Sequence record: DRR378314_2641
Strand: one strand, 5' to 3'
DNA: 36,961 bases
Positions 18,996 through 28,354 of the stretch are shown in pieces. Under the pieces are notes generated by a model, which did no database searches, was not told the origin of the DNA, and saw nothing but the letters and a program-made list of their open reading frames with translations. The number at the start of each line of letters is the position of its first letter. Position 1 is the stretch's first letter. The translations under genes were made by a program, and so were the position numbers.

Positions 18996-20054
18996 ATGAA
19001 GCGCATTGTCTTCGCAATGATCTGCCTGACTTTCGCCGTTCTCGCGCAGCAAAGCCAGGCACAGACCCTTAAGGTTACGACGGTAACCCGCCCTCCGTTT
19101 TCCTTTGTCGAGGACGGGGCGCAGACCGGATTCTCAATGGATCTGCTGGCCGCGCTCTCCGAATCGCTGGGTTGGGAATACTCGGTCAACCGGGTCGAGA
19201 GCTTCAGTGATATGCTGGGGGCGGTTCAGGATGGCTCTGCCGATTTGGCGATTGCGAATATTTCCATTACCGCCATGCGCGAAACCAGAATGGATTTTAC
19301 CCAACCCATCTTTGAAGCCGGGTTGCAAATCATGGTCCCGTCAGAGGCGGCACGCCAGCCATCACTGCTACATGCCTTACTGTCACGCGAATTGTTCATC
19401 GCCATAGGTCTGGCCTTCGCCATTTTGCTTGGCGGTGGCATGTTGATGTGGGGGTTCGAACGACGCGCGCAGCCCTATTTCGACCGAAAATTGAATGAGG
19501 CGTGGTTCCCCTCGTTCTGGTGGGCCCTCAATCTGGTGGTCAACGGTGGATTTGAAGAGCGGATGCCCCGAACGCCGTTTGGTCGCTTGCTGGGTGTTGT
19601 ACTGGTGGTTTCGTCGCTGTTCATCGTGTCTGTCTTTACCGCGCGGATCACGTCGGTGATGACCGTGGATGCAATTACCGGCAGCGTAAATTCGATCAAT
19701 GACCTTTATGGCAAACAGGTCGGCACGATTTCCGACTCGACCGCCGCCAGTTTCCTCAACCGGCGCGAGATCGAATACGCCGGATATGGCGACCTTCAGG
19801 AAATGCTGACCGCTTTCACCAACAAGGATTTGGACGCCGTCGTTTTTGACGCCCCGATTCTGTCCTATTACGCCAGCCACGAAGGCCGCAGGATCGCGAC
19901 GATGACCGGAGGAATTTTCCTGCGCGAGAATTACGGGATCGCATTTCCGACAGGATCGCCACTGGTCGAAGACGTCAACCAAGCGCTGCTTTCCCTGCGC
20001 GAGGACGGCACATATGATGAAATATACCGCAAGTGGTTCGGCGCGCGGAACTAA
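18996..20054 (+). CDS. Prokaryotic ionotropic glutamate receptor-like channel (S1-M1-pore-M2-S2)
   Basis: Signal peptide; PBP3 lobe ([20 protein letters not shown]); TM1; pore helix [18 protein letters not shown]2 ...SVFTARITS; second lobe ([28 protein letters not shown]). Confidence 0.85.
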   Translation: MKRIVFAMICLTFAVLAQQSQAQTLKVTTVTRPPFSFVEDGAQTGFSMDLLAALSESLGWEYSVNRVESFSDMLGAVQDGSADLAIANISITAMRETRMDFTQPIFEAGLQIMVPSEAARQPSLLHALLSRELFIAIGLAFAILLGGGMLMWGFERRAQPYFDRKLNEAWFPSFWWALNLVVNGGFEERMPRTPFGRLLGVVLVVSSLFIVSVFTARITSVMTVDAITGSVNSINDLYGKQVGTISDSTAASFLNRREIEYAGYGDLQEMLTAFTNKDLDAVVFDAPILSYYASHEGRRIATMTGGIFLRENYGIAFPTGSPLVEDVNQALLSLREDGTYDEIYRKWFGARN

Positions 20055-20136
20055 GACGCTTTGAGCTTCCTCTGAAACACGCGTTCAACCGAGGGACGAG
20101 ACAGCGAGTTTTGATTCAAACCAAATATAAGGCGCG

Positions 20137-20481
20137 CTAAGCGGTTTCCTCGTCACCGAAGAACGGTGTCATCTGCGCCACGATAACGGCGTTCTCATCC
20201 AGCGCCCGCTGCATCAGGGCACGTTCATCCGAGTCAATCTCGTGACCTTGTGCCTCACGCTCGGCCAACGTGCCGTATCCGGTGACATCCAGCGGCGCAG
20301 TATCGGCCTGCTTCAGGATCGCCACGGTTTCGCGCACGGCTTCGGCCTCGTCCACGCCGCTGGCAAAACACATCAGCGCCGCGCCGGTCGCGCTTTCAGG
20401 CAGACCGTCCCCATCCTTCCGGCCAATCTGAACCAGTAGAGTATAGACTTGCTGGCGCGAGGGCTTCTTTTGCTTTTCCAT
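20137..20481 (-). CDS. Hypothetical protein (114 aa)
   Basis: Clean ORF with host-like codon usage filling the gap; no family recognised. Confidence 0.7.
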   Translation of the reverse strand: MEKQKKPSRQQVYTLLVQIGRKDGDGLPESATGAALMCFASGVDEAEAVRETVAILKQADTAPLDVTGYGTLAEREAQGHEIDSDERALMQRALDENAVIVAQMTPFFGDEETA

Positions 20482-20589
20482 AGCGCGGCCCTTAGCGGCG
20501 CATCAAGACTTGGTCAAGGTTGGACCCGCGTTTTAGACAGGAGCGTTTGAACTTTCAGCGATCATTGTACCCTCGGGCTCACACATTTT

Positions 20590-20604
20590 GTTCGCTTTAT
20601 GTTC
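20590..20604. promoter_or_regulatory. Alphaproteobacterial LexA (SOS) box
   Basis: GTTC-GCTTTAT-GTTC = exact GTTC-N7-GTTC, ending 44 bp before ATG 20649. Confidence 0.65.
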
Positions 20605-20648
20605 CATCTCGATGTACCTTTCTTTTAAGGCAGGCAAAGGAGTGCGTT

Positions 20649-21491
20649 ATGTCGGAGCAACAGGACAAATTTCAACGCTTCAAAGACCTGCATGAAAGAG
20701 AAAGCGCTTTCGTAATTCCCAATCCTTGGGACGCGGGCTCTGCGCGCTTGCTTGAGAGCTTAGGGTTCGAAGCCCTCGCAACGACGAGCGCAGGATATGC
20801 TTTCTCAAAGGGCAAAAGAGATTCTTTTGCGGCACTTGGTAGAGATGAAATCCTAGATAATGCGGCCGAGATCGTCGCGGCCATCGATCTTCCGGTCTCT
20901 GCTGATCTTGAAGACGGGTTCGGAAAAGCGCCGGAAACCTGCGCACAAACCATTCGCATGGCAAGTCAGGCGGGTCTGATTGGTGGATCAATCGAAGACG
21001 CAACCGGAAACCCGGACACGCCCATTTATGATCTCTCTTTGGCAAAGGAACGCATTCAGGCAGCTGCGGAGGCTGCAAAAGAACTGCCGTTTCTTTTGTC
21101 CGCCAGAGCTGAGAACTATCTATGGGGTCGAGCGGATCTGACCGACACAATCAAACGTCTGCAAGCCTTCTCGGAGGCTGGAGCCGACGCGCTCTATGCA
21201 CCGGGGCTGCCGGACATTGAGGCAATCAGAACCGTCTGCGCCGAAGTTGACAAACCTGTAAACGTGGTGATGGGGCTGACAGGCCCACGCTATACCGTGT
21301 CTGAGCTGTCACAGGCCGGTGTTTGCCGCATCAGTGTTGGTGGATCGTTCGCCCGTGCGGCATTGGGTGCGTTGAAGCGAGCTGCGGAAGAGGTGAAGAC
21401 CTATGGCAGCTTCAACTATTCTGAAGACGCAATGCCCGGGTCCGAAATCAGTAAACTGATGATTCAAGATAAATGCGATGAAAGGGAGTGA
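20649..21491 (+). CDS. Isocitrate lyase/PEP mutase superfamily protein
   Basis: PNPWDAGSA, ALATTSAG, PVSADLEDGFG, SIED, ARAE, AGADALYAPG, PVNV; AAGGAG RBS. Confidence 0.88.
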   Translation: MSEQQDKFQRFKDLHERESAFVIPNPWDAGSARLLESLGFEALATTSAGYAFSKGKRDSFAALGRDEILDNAAEIVAAIDLPVSADLEDGFGKAPETCAQTIRMASQAGLIGGSIEDATGNPDTPIYDLSLAKERIQAAAEAAKELPFLLSARAENYLWGRADLTDTIKRLQAFSEAGADALYAPGLPDIEAIRTVCAEVDKPVNVVMGLTGPRYTVSELSQAGVCRISVGGSFARAALGALKRAAEEVKTYGSFNYSEDAMPGSEISKLMIQDKCDERE

Positions 21492-21584
21492 CAATTCTAT
21501 CCTGCAATCGAACAACCCATGCACATTCCCGAATGATCAGACCGTGAATTGACATTCAATCTGCAACAAGAAATTCGGCTACAG

Positions 21585-21615
21585 AAAAAAGGGCTGCAAG
21601 TTAACCTGCAGCCCT
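21585..21615 (-). terminator. Rho-independent terminator of dapD
   Basis: AGGGCTGCA-N8-TGCAGCCCT stem running into T6 on the minus strand. Confidence 0.8.
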
Positions 21616-21639
21616 GATCATTGGATTTGATTGCAGTGC

Positions 21640-22467
21640 TCAATCGCGAAGCAGTTCGTTAATACCGGTCTTCGATCTGGTCCTTTCGTCAACCCGTTTC
21701 ACGATGACTGCGCAGTACAGGCTAACATTGTTCTTGGACGGCATCGAACCGGCCACAACGACCGAATAGGGCGGCACTTCGCCATACATGACCTCGCCGG
21801 TTTCACGATCCACGATCTTGGTGGACTTTCCGATGAACACGCCCATTCCAAGCACCGAGCCTTCGCGGACAATGCAGCCTTCGACCACTTCGGAACGCGC
21901 GCCGATAAAGCAATTGTCTTCAATGATAGTCGGACCAGCCTGCATCGGCTCCAACACACCGCCGATGCCAACACCACCTGACAGATGTACGTTCTTGCCG
22001 ATCTGTGCGCACGACCCGACGGTCGCCCAGGTATCAACCATGGTGCCCTCGTCAACATATGCACCCAGGTTGACGAATGAGGGCATCAGCACCACGCCCG
22101 GTGCGACATAGGCCGATTTCCGCACTACGCAGCTGGGCACCGCACGGAAACCCGCAGAACGCCACTGGTTCTCACCCCAACCGGCAAACTTGCTGTCCAC
22201 CTTGTCCCACCAGCCCCCGTCCTGAGGACCACCGGTCTGGATCTCCATATCCTTGATGCGAAAGCCGAGAAGAACAGCCTTCTTAGCCCACTGGTTCACA
22301 TGCCAATCACCGCTTTCCAACTTTTCGGCGACACGCAGCGATCCACTGTCCAACGCGTTCAGCGTATCTTCTATCGCTTCACGCTGTTCGCCTGTGGTGG
22401 CAGGTGTGATCGTATCACGTACCTCCCAGGCGGCTTCGATGGCGGCTTCCAGTTGTGCGTTTGACAT
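21640..22467 (-). CDS. dapD: Tetrahydrodipicolinate N-succinyltransferase
   Basis: [54 protein letters not shown]. Confidence 0.97.
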   Translation of the reverse strand: MSNAQLEAAIEAAWEVRDTITPATTGEQREAIEDTLNALDSGSLRVAEKLESGDWHVNQWAKKAVLLGFRIKDMEIQTGGPQDGGWWDKVDSKFAGWGENQWRSAGFRAVPSCVVRKSAYVAPGVVLMPSFVNLGAYVDEGTMVDTWATVGSCAQIGKNVHLSGGVGIGGVLEPMQAGPTIIEDNCFIGARSEVVEGCIVREGSVLGMGVFIGKSTKIVDRETGEVMYGEVPPYSVVVAGSMPSKNNVSLYCAVIVKRVDERTRSKTGINELLRD

Positions 22468-22559
22468 GTAAGGGCTCCTTGCAGAATCTGTTCGCGTTGG
22501 TGTGGCCTATACGCAAGCGGAACCCGTGGCGCAATGCGACGCAGGCGTCCATGTTCGCG

Positions 22560-23525
22560 TCAACCTTCAGCCAGCGCACCAAGCGCGGAAAACATATCCC
22601 GGTCATCTTGCGTCCCCGCATTGGGCGCGGTCAGCAATACGTCGCCGTAGAAAACCGAATTCGCACCGGCCAGAAAGCACAATGCCTGCTCGGCAGCGGA
22701 AAAGTCTGACCGTCCTGCGGACAGACGCACCCGTGTTTGCGGCATGGTAATCCTGGCGGTCGCAACCATGCGTACCAGATCGAAAATGCCCACCTTTTCA
22801 CGATGTGCCAGCGGGGTACCCTCGATCGGGATCAGCGCATTGATCGGAACACTTTCCGGATGTGGGTCAAAATTCGCAAGCACCTGCAGCAGCGAGGCGC
22901 GGTCTCGCAGGCTTTCGCCCATACCAATGATGCCGCCACAACACAGATCAATGCCCTCGTCCCGGCAATAGCCCAGGGTTTCCAGGCGGTCCTGATAGGT
23001 GCGTGTGCCGATGATCTCACCGTAGAATTCAAGCGAGGTATCAAGGTTGTGATTGTAAGCGGTCAGCCCTGCTTCGGCCAGCCGTTGGGCTTGATGCGGC
23101 TTCAGCATTCCAAGCGTCACGCAAGCTTCCATCCCCAGACTGCGGACACCGCGGACCATTTCCAGAACATTGTCGAACTCTTCCCCGTCCCGCACCTGGC
23201 GCCACGCAGCCCCCATACAGAACCGCTGGGCCCCTGCATCCCTTGCCCGTTTGGCAAGCGAAAGGACATGCGCGGGATTCATCAGTTTTTCCTTGGTCAG
23301 CTCGACTTCACGATGATGCGCGGATTGTGGACAATAGGCGCAATCCTCCGGGCAACTGCCGGTTTTGATCGACAGCAAGCTGGCTTTCTGAATGTCGTTC
23401 GGATCGTGATGGGACCGATGGATAGTGTTTGCGCGGCCGACCAGATCGAGCAGGGGAAGGCGCAACAGCTCCTCCACCTCATCCACGGACCAATCGCTGC
23501 GGATGTCCTGTCCGGTATCAAGCAT
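22560..23525 (-). CDS. bioB: Biotin synthase
   Basis: [15 protein letters not shown] radical SAM motif, [30 protein letters not shown]. Confidence 0.97.
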   Translation of the reverse strand: MLDTGQDIRSDWSVDEVEELLRLPLLDLVGRANTIHRSHHDPNDIQKASLLSIKTGSCPEDCAYCPQSAHHREVELTKEKLMNPAHVLSLAKRARDAGAQRFCMGAAWRQVRDGEEFDNVLEMVRGVRSLGMEACVTLGMLKPHQAQRLAEAGLTAYNHNLDTSLEFYGEIIGTRTYQDRLETLGYCRDEGIDLCCGGIIGMGESLRDRASLLQVLANFDPHPESVPINALIPIEGTPLAHREKVGIFDLVRMVATARITMPQTRVRLSAGRSDFSAAEQALCFLAGANSVFYGDVLLTAPNAGTQDDRDMFSALGALAEG

Positions 23526-24105
23526 CCGTTTGCGACCCACGGATTTTCTGCATCAGGCCCGTTGGCAAGCCAATTACCAGAATTGCCGCTAGCGCGATCT
23601 TGGCAAGATCACCCACGATGAACGGGCTGAAACCGTAAACCAGAACCTTATCTGCGGGAACAAACTGGGCCAGCCATCCCATACCCAGCACATAGATGAC
23701 TGCAAGGCCAGCCAACATGGCGGGAACCAGAAACATCTTGCGCAGGTTGTCTGCCACCCAGCCGACAATGAAGGATGCAACGACAAATCCCAGCAAATAG
23801 CCACCGGTGCCGCCCATCATATAAGCCAGCCCGATGCCTTTTCCCGGCGTCCCGGCAAAAACCGGCAGGCCCATCGCACCGGCAACCATATAGCCGATTA
23901 CGGTTGCAGCCCCAAGGCGAGTTCCAAAGGCTGCGGCAATCATCATGACTGCCGCGACCTGCAGAGTAATTGGTACTGGCCAGAACGGCACCTGGACCTT
24001 TGCGCTGGCGGTTAGCAGCAGGATGCCCAACCCAACACGAAGCATCTGTCCCACAGGGGTTAGAGTGCCTGCAGGGGGCAAGGCGGATTGTAGCATGGTT
24101 TTCAT
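23518..24105 (-). CDS. bioY: Biotin transporter BioY
   Basis: [33 protein letters not shown]. Confidence 0.95.
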   Translation of the reverse strand: MKTMLQSALPPAGTLTPVGQMLRVGLGILLLTASAKVQVPFWPVPITLQVAAVMMIAAAFGTRLGAATVIGYMVAGAMGLPVFAGTPGKGIGLAYMMGGTGGYLLGFVVASFIVGWVADNLRKMFLVPAMLAGLAVIYVLGMGWLAQFVPADKVLVYGFSPFIVGDLAKIALAAILVIGLPTGLMQKIRGSQTDA

Positions 24106-24117
24106 TGGATTTCCTTT

Positions 24118-24127
24118 TTATAGATAA
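24118..24127. promoter_or_regulatory. BioR operator upstream of bioY
   Basis: TTATAGATAA matches the BioR consensus TTATMKATAA; weaker copy TTATCTATTT at 24159-24168. Confidence 0.8.
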
Positions 24128-24225
24128 TTTTGACATGATTCGTATTATGTTGTCATTTTTATCTATTTTAAATCAAGTGAAATTTATGCTGGTGCATCAG
24201 AATGCCACTTACGCACCTGAAAAGA

Positions 24226-24825
24226 TCAGCTTGCGCGGCGGATATGACGGACCAGGATTGATGAGGCCGCCGTAACGTCCTTGCTTTTCAACGCCTGAAT
24301 GATGGCTGCGTGATCCGTATCAATGCGCTGCACCCATTTGGGCCGCCAATGCGCAAACAGGTGCCGAGCACTGGCAATGTGCAGATCGTCTATCGCATGC
24401 AGAAGGCGCGGCAATCCACACGGGGTTAGGATTGATCGATGAAAGATCCTGTTTCGCGCTTCCCATTGAGGCATGCTGTCCGCTTCATCGCAGGCTTTTC
24501 GAGCGTCATCAGCTATTTTCAGCGCCGCTGGCGTCATGTTCTGCGCCGAATGCTGCATCGCCAGTGTCTCCAATGCGACACGCATTTCGATCACCTCCCG
24601 CACCTCGGCGGGATCCAGCGCGGTGACACGCATACCCTTTCGCGGCTCGCTCTTGGCCAACCCATGCGCTTCGAGCCGTAGCAGCGCTTCGCGCACCGGT
24701 ACATGGCTGGTGTCAAAGTCACGCGCGATATGGTCCTGGCGCAGCTTCTCACCGGCGGACAGATCCCCGGTTATGATTTGCTGGCTCAGTGCCTGATATA
24801 TTGTGTCGGCGATGGTTGCGGTCAT
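24226..24825 (-). CDS. bioR: GntR-family biotin regulator BioR
   Basis: GEKLRQDHIA..F.TSHVPVREALLRLEA; adjacent to bioY-bioB; BioR boxes on both sides. Confidence 0.85.
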   Translation of the reverse strand: MTATIADTIYQALSQQIITGDLSAGEKLRQDHIARDFDTSHVPVREALLRLEAHGLAKSEPRKGMRVTALDPAEVREVIEMRVALETLAMQHSAQNMTPAALKIADDARKACDEADSMPQWEARNRIFHRSILTPCGLPRLLHAIDDLHIASARHLFAHWRPKWVQRIDTDHAAIIQALKSKDVTAASSILVRHIRRAS

Positions 24826-24828
24826 GAA

Positions 24829-24838
24829 TTATAGATAA
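24829..24838. promoter_or_regulatory. BioR operator immediately upstream of bioR (autoregulation)
   Basis: TTATAGATAA 3 bp upstream of the start codon. Confidence 0.8.
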
Positions 24839-24869
24839 AATTCATGACCGGTTTCCACAAGTGGTATTT

Positions 24870-25781
24870 TCAGCCGCACAAAGGGTCGGGAGAAATGTTG
24901 CCTCCGCAGATCAACACAGCGACACGCTCATCCGGCGCGGGTTGATAGGCACCCGAAATCAACGCGGCAAGGGCGGTTGCGCCTGCGGGCTCGACCAGGA
25001 TGCGATGTGTTTGCCACAGGCATTTCTGCGCGTCGGCTATAGCCTCGTCTGATACCAGAACCGAAGCCATCCCTTGCGCCAACTCGAAACAAATCGATCC
25101 GATCCGCCGGGCACCCAACGCATTCGCAGCAATACCCGAAACCGAGACATCGACAGGCTCACCCGCCCGCAAAGCTGCGTGCAACGCGCACGAGGTTTCA
25201 GGTTCGACCGCAACAACCTTGCGCGCGCCCTGTAGCCAGGCCAGGGCGCCAGCGATCAGGCCGCCCCCGCCGACCGCGATCAGGATGGTATCTGCTTGCA
25301 GGCCCTGCGCCTCCCATTCGGCAAAACATGTGCCTTGTCCGGCCACAGTTGCAGGTGCGTCATAGGCGTGAATCTGCATTGCCCCGGTCTCAGACTCGTG
25401 CGCCTGCGCACCCTTCAGTGCATTCGCATATTCACCGGACACAACACTCAGGTCCGCACCCGCCTGCTTAACCAGAGCAATCTTCGAGGGCCCCGCCAGC
25501 TCGGGCACGAAAATCTTGGCCGGGTAACCCAACGTTTGCGCAGCATAGGCTGCTGCTGCCCCGTGATTGCCACCTGATGCGGCCACAACACCTGCCTTCG
25601 GAACATCCATGCTAAGCAATGTGTTGAACGCCCCACGGGCCTTGAAGCTGCCGGTGTGTTGCATATGCTCAAGCTTCATCTCGACCGGATAACCCAGCAT
25701 GTGGCTTTCCATCACAGGTGTGACCTGCGCGTATCCGGCGATGCGATCCCGCGCTGCGGAAATTTCACTCTTCCAATCCAT
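24870..25781 (-). CDS. PLP-dependent serine/threonine dehydratase family (no ACT domain)
   Basis: KLEHMQHTGSFKARGA, ASGGNHG, VGGGGL, VEPAGA, ICGGN. Confidence 0.88.
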   Translation of the reverse strand: MDWKSEISAARDRIAGYAQVTPVMESHMLGYPVEMKLEHMQHTGSFKARGAFNTLLSMDVPKAGVVAASGGNHGAAAAYAAQTLGYPAKIFVPELAGPSKIALVKQAGADLSVVSGEYANALKGAQAHESETGAMQIHAYDAPATVAGQGTCFAEWEAQGLQADTILIAVGGGGLIAGALAWLQGARKVVAVEPETSCALHAALRAGEPVDVSVSGIAANALGARRIGSICFELAQGMASVLVSDEAIADAQKCLWQTHRILVEPAGATALAALISGAYQPAPDERVAVLICGGNISPDPLCG

Positions 25782-25861
25782 TACTTGTCTTTCCGTGACT
25801 GGCACTCTGCCCGCGAACCCTATAGCTGTTTCATGAACACGCAAGCAGGGATCGACCACCG

Positions 25862-26704
25862 ATGAGAGAAGACCGCCACAGCCCATTCCGCGATGCGCAG
25901 ACCGACCGCTCAACCGCGAGCGAGGTTCCAGACACGCCCCAGACGCGATCCCCAGCCTATCGCCTTGCCTTCGCCGATGACGAGTTCCTGTGTCGGGACG
26001 AACTGCGCCCGGTGCGTTTGCAGCTTGAACTGCTCAAGCCCGAAATGATCATGACCGAGCGCGCGATCACCTCGACCATCGTCATGTTCGGCGGCGCGCG
26101 CATCCCCGAGCCATCACAGAAACACACGGCCCGGACTGAAACTTTGGCAGGGTTGTCGCAGTATTATGACGAAGCACGGGAATTCGCCCGCTTGATGACG
26201 GAAAAGTCGAACGCAACGGGATGCCGTGAGAATGTTATTGTCACCGGGGGTGGCCCCGGAGTGATGGAGGCCGGCAACAGAGGTGCACAGGACGCGGGTG
26301 GCTGTTCTATCGGATTGAACATCGTGTTGCCACACGAACAGGCACCGAACCTCTATGTCACGCCCGAGCTCAGCTTTAACTTCCACTATTTCGCTATTCG
26401 CAAGATGCACTTCCTGATGCGCGCACGCGCCATCACCATCTTCCCCGGCGGCTTTGGTACGATGGACGAGCTATTCGAATCCCTGACGCTGATCCAAACC
26501 GGCCGGATGGATCGTGTTCCATTCCTGCTGTTCGGGCGTGCGTTTTGGGAGAAAGTGATCAACTGGGAAGCTCTGGCTGATGCTGGCACCATCTCAGACG
26601 AGGATCTTGACCTGTTTCGGTTCGTCGATACCGCGCAAGAGGCGGTCGACATCATCGAAAACTGGGAGCCCGCTCCGCCACGCGACGAAATTCCGGGGCG
26701 CTGA
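25862..26704 (+). CDS. LOG family (TIGR00730-like) nucleotide phosphoribohydrolase
   Basis: TGGGPGVMEAGNRGA, FHYFAIRKMHF, FPGGFGTMDE. Confidence 0.9.
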   Translation: MREDRHSPFRDAQTDRSTASEVPDTPQTRSPAYRLAFADDEFLCRDELRPVRLQLELLKPEMIMTERAITSTIVMFGGARIPEPSQKHTARTETLAGLSQYYDEAREFARLMTEKSNATGCRENVIVTGGGPGVMEAGNRGAQDAGGCSIGLNIVLPHEQAPNLYVTPELSFNFHYFAIRKMHFLMRARAITIFPGGFGTMDELFESLTLIQTGRMDRVPFLLFGRAFWEKVINWEALADAGTISDEDLDLFRFVDTAQEAVDIIENWEPAPPRDEIPGR

Positions 26705-26707
26705 GAT

Positions 26708-27808
26708 ATGACAGGGCCTAAGACCGGCGAGATGCTCCACCTGCGTGGGAACGCTCTGGACAGGGGCGATCCGGTGGCGCTGCCGCTGACCCAAAGCAGT
26801 ATGTACCATTTGCCGGGCGTGCCGGATGGGCAAGCCAGTTATGGGCGCGTTGACAACCCAACCTGGGTGCATCTGGAACACGTGCTGTCCCATCTGGAAA
26901 ACGCACCCTGCCTCAGTTTTCCGTCTGGCATGGCGGCAATCTCGGCAGCGCTGTTTGCCACTGTGCAGGCTGGGTCGCGCCTGCTGGTTCCGTCAGACGG
27001 CTATTACGTCACCCGCCTTTTGGCAGATCGGTTCCTGTCGCGCCTCGGCGTCGTGGTCGAGGAACGTCCGACCACCGCGTTTACCGCAGGTGGCTTTGAC
27101 GGGTTCGACGTTGTGTTTGTCGAAAGCCCCTCAAACCCCGGCCTGGATATGATCGACCTAAGCGCCGTGGCAGATCAGGTACGCACTGCGGGGGGCATCA
27201 CCATCGCCGATAACACAACGATGACCCCGCTGGGCCAGCGCCCGTTGGACCTTGGCATCGACGTTGTCGTCTCTTCGGATACCAAGGCGATGGGTGGACA
27301 TTCCGACATGCTTATGGGGCACGTTGCCAGCCGCAATACGCAGATCATGGAGCGGGTCGAGGAATGGCGTAAAGTCTCAGGCGCAATACCCGGACCGCAT
27401 GAGGCATGGCTGCTACATCGCGGATTGGAAACGCTGGATGTACGGTTCGACCGCATGTGTACTTCGGCTCAGGTAGTGGCAGAACGGTTGGTTAAGCATC
27501 CCGCGGTCAAGCAGGTCCGCTATCCGGGTCTGACCGATGATCCGTCTCATGCGTTGGCGCGGGCGCAGACCACACGGTTTGGCTTTCTTCTATCTCTGAC
27601 ACTGGACAGCGAAGACAAGGCCGAGGCGTTCATCAATTCCTGCCCCCTGCTGCGCCCCGCAACATCCTTTGGCGGCGTCCACAGCTCGGCCGAGCGACGT
27701 GCGCGCTGGGGCGACGATGTCGATCCCGCCTTCATTCGGCTGTCTGTTGGATGCGAGCCGGTTGAGGAACTGTGGCAGGCCTTTGAGGCCAGCCTGAACG
27801 CGTTATGA
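26708..27808 (+). CDS. Cys/Met metabolism PLP enzyme (cystathionine gamma-lyase-like)
   Basis: YGRVDNPTW, FPSGMAAI, ESPSNP, DNT, SDTKAMGGHSD, SFGGVHS, IRLSVGCE. Confidence 0.88.
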   Translation: MTGPKTGEMLHLRGNALDRGDPVALPLTQSSMYHLPGVPDGQASYGRVDNPTWVHLEHVLSHLENAPCLSFPSGMAAISAALFATVQAGSRLLVPSDGYYVTRLLADRFLSRLGVVVEERPTTAFTAGGFDGFDVVFVESPSNPGLDMIDLSAVADQVRTAGGITIADNTTMTPLGQRPLDLGIDVVVSSDTKAMGGHSDMLMGHVASRNTQIMERVEEWRKVSGAIPGPHEAWLLHRGLETLDVRFDRMCTSAQVVAERLVKHPAVKQVRYPGLTDDPSHALARAQTTRFGFLLSLTLDSEDKAEAFINSCPLLRPATSFGGVHSSAERRARWGDDVDPAFIRLSVGCEPVEELWQAFEASLNAL

Positions 27809-28192
27809 TTTCTTCTTGGGTTCACGCAACTCAGTGAACACGTAGATCGGCAGCACGATGCTGGCGATCAGCGCCCCCAGCCAAACCAGCAGTGTCGCGG
27901 CCAGCAGGTTGGAAATGCCACCAACCGTCAGGCCAGCGGTGATCAGATCGGTCACCAACAGGCCAACAAAGGTGACGATCAGGGCGATTCCGCCCTTCAG
28001 CGCCGGGGCTTTCTTCTCGCCCAGCTTCAAGATCAACGGCTCTGCCACGACCTGAACCAGCGTGAAGACAATAACCACAATGATGAATGAGATCGGCTTG
28101 ATTGCAAATCCCGCCAACAACAGCGAAGCAAGCAACAGCCCGATGGCATTCCCGGCCAGCAGGGCCAGTGCGGACTTAATTCTGCGTGACAT
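27803..28192 (-). CDS. 4-TM membrane protein, phage-holin-4-like (DUF360) family
   Basis: Four hydrophobic segments, NAIGLLLASLLL..F, basic tail; family by resemblance only. Confidence 0.6.
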   Translation of the reverse strand: MSRRIKSALALLAGNAIGLLLASLLLAGFAIKPISFIIVVIVFTLVQVVAEPLILKLGEKKAPALKGGIALIVTFVGLLVTDLITAGLTVGGISNLLAATLLVWLGALIASIVLPIYVFTELREPKKKS

Positions 28193-28354
28193 GGGGCGAT
28201 CTCCGGCAAAGAACAATTCGAAACATGCAGATATTAGCAGGGCAAACGGGTTTTGCGAGGTAATTCGCCCCTACTGCGATTTTGACCTGTTGAAATCACA
28301 TGATAAAATACCTTCATCAAAGCCATAACACACTCCACATCGACGAGAGGCAAG

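Noticed and set aside
20111-20124. FNR-like TTGAT-N4-ACCAA
   Set aside because: One mismatch and located between convergent gene ends, not in a promoter
12791-21491. WYL module + rnr + LexA-boxed gene as one DNA-damage or defence island
   Set aside because: Separated by housekeeping genes on different transcription units; no nuclease, toxin or other defence effector present
27803-28192. Holin as sign of a prophage
   Set aside because: No phage genes, integrase or endolysin nearby; the family is common as a chromosomal membrane protein
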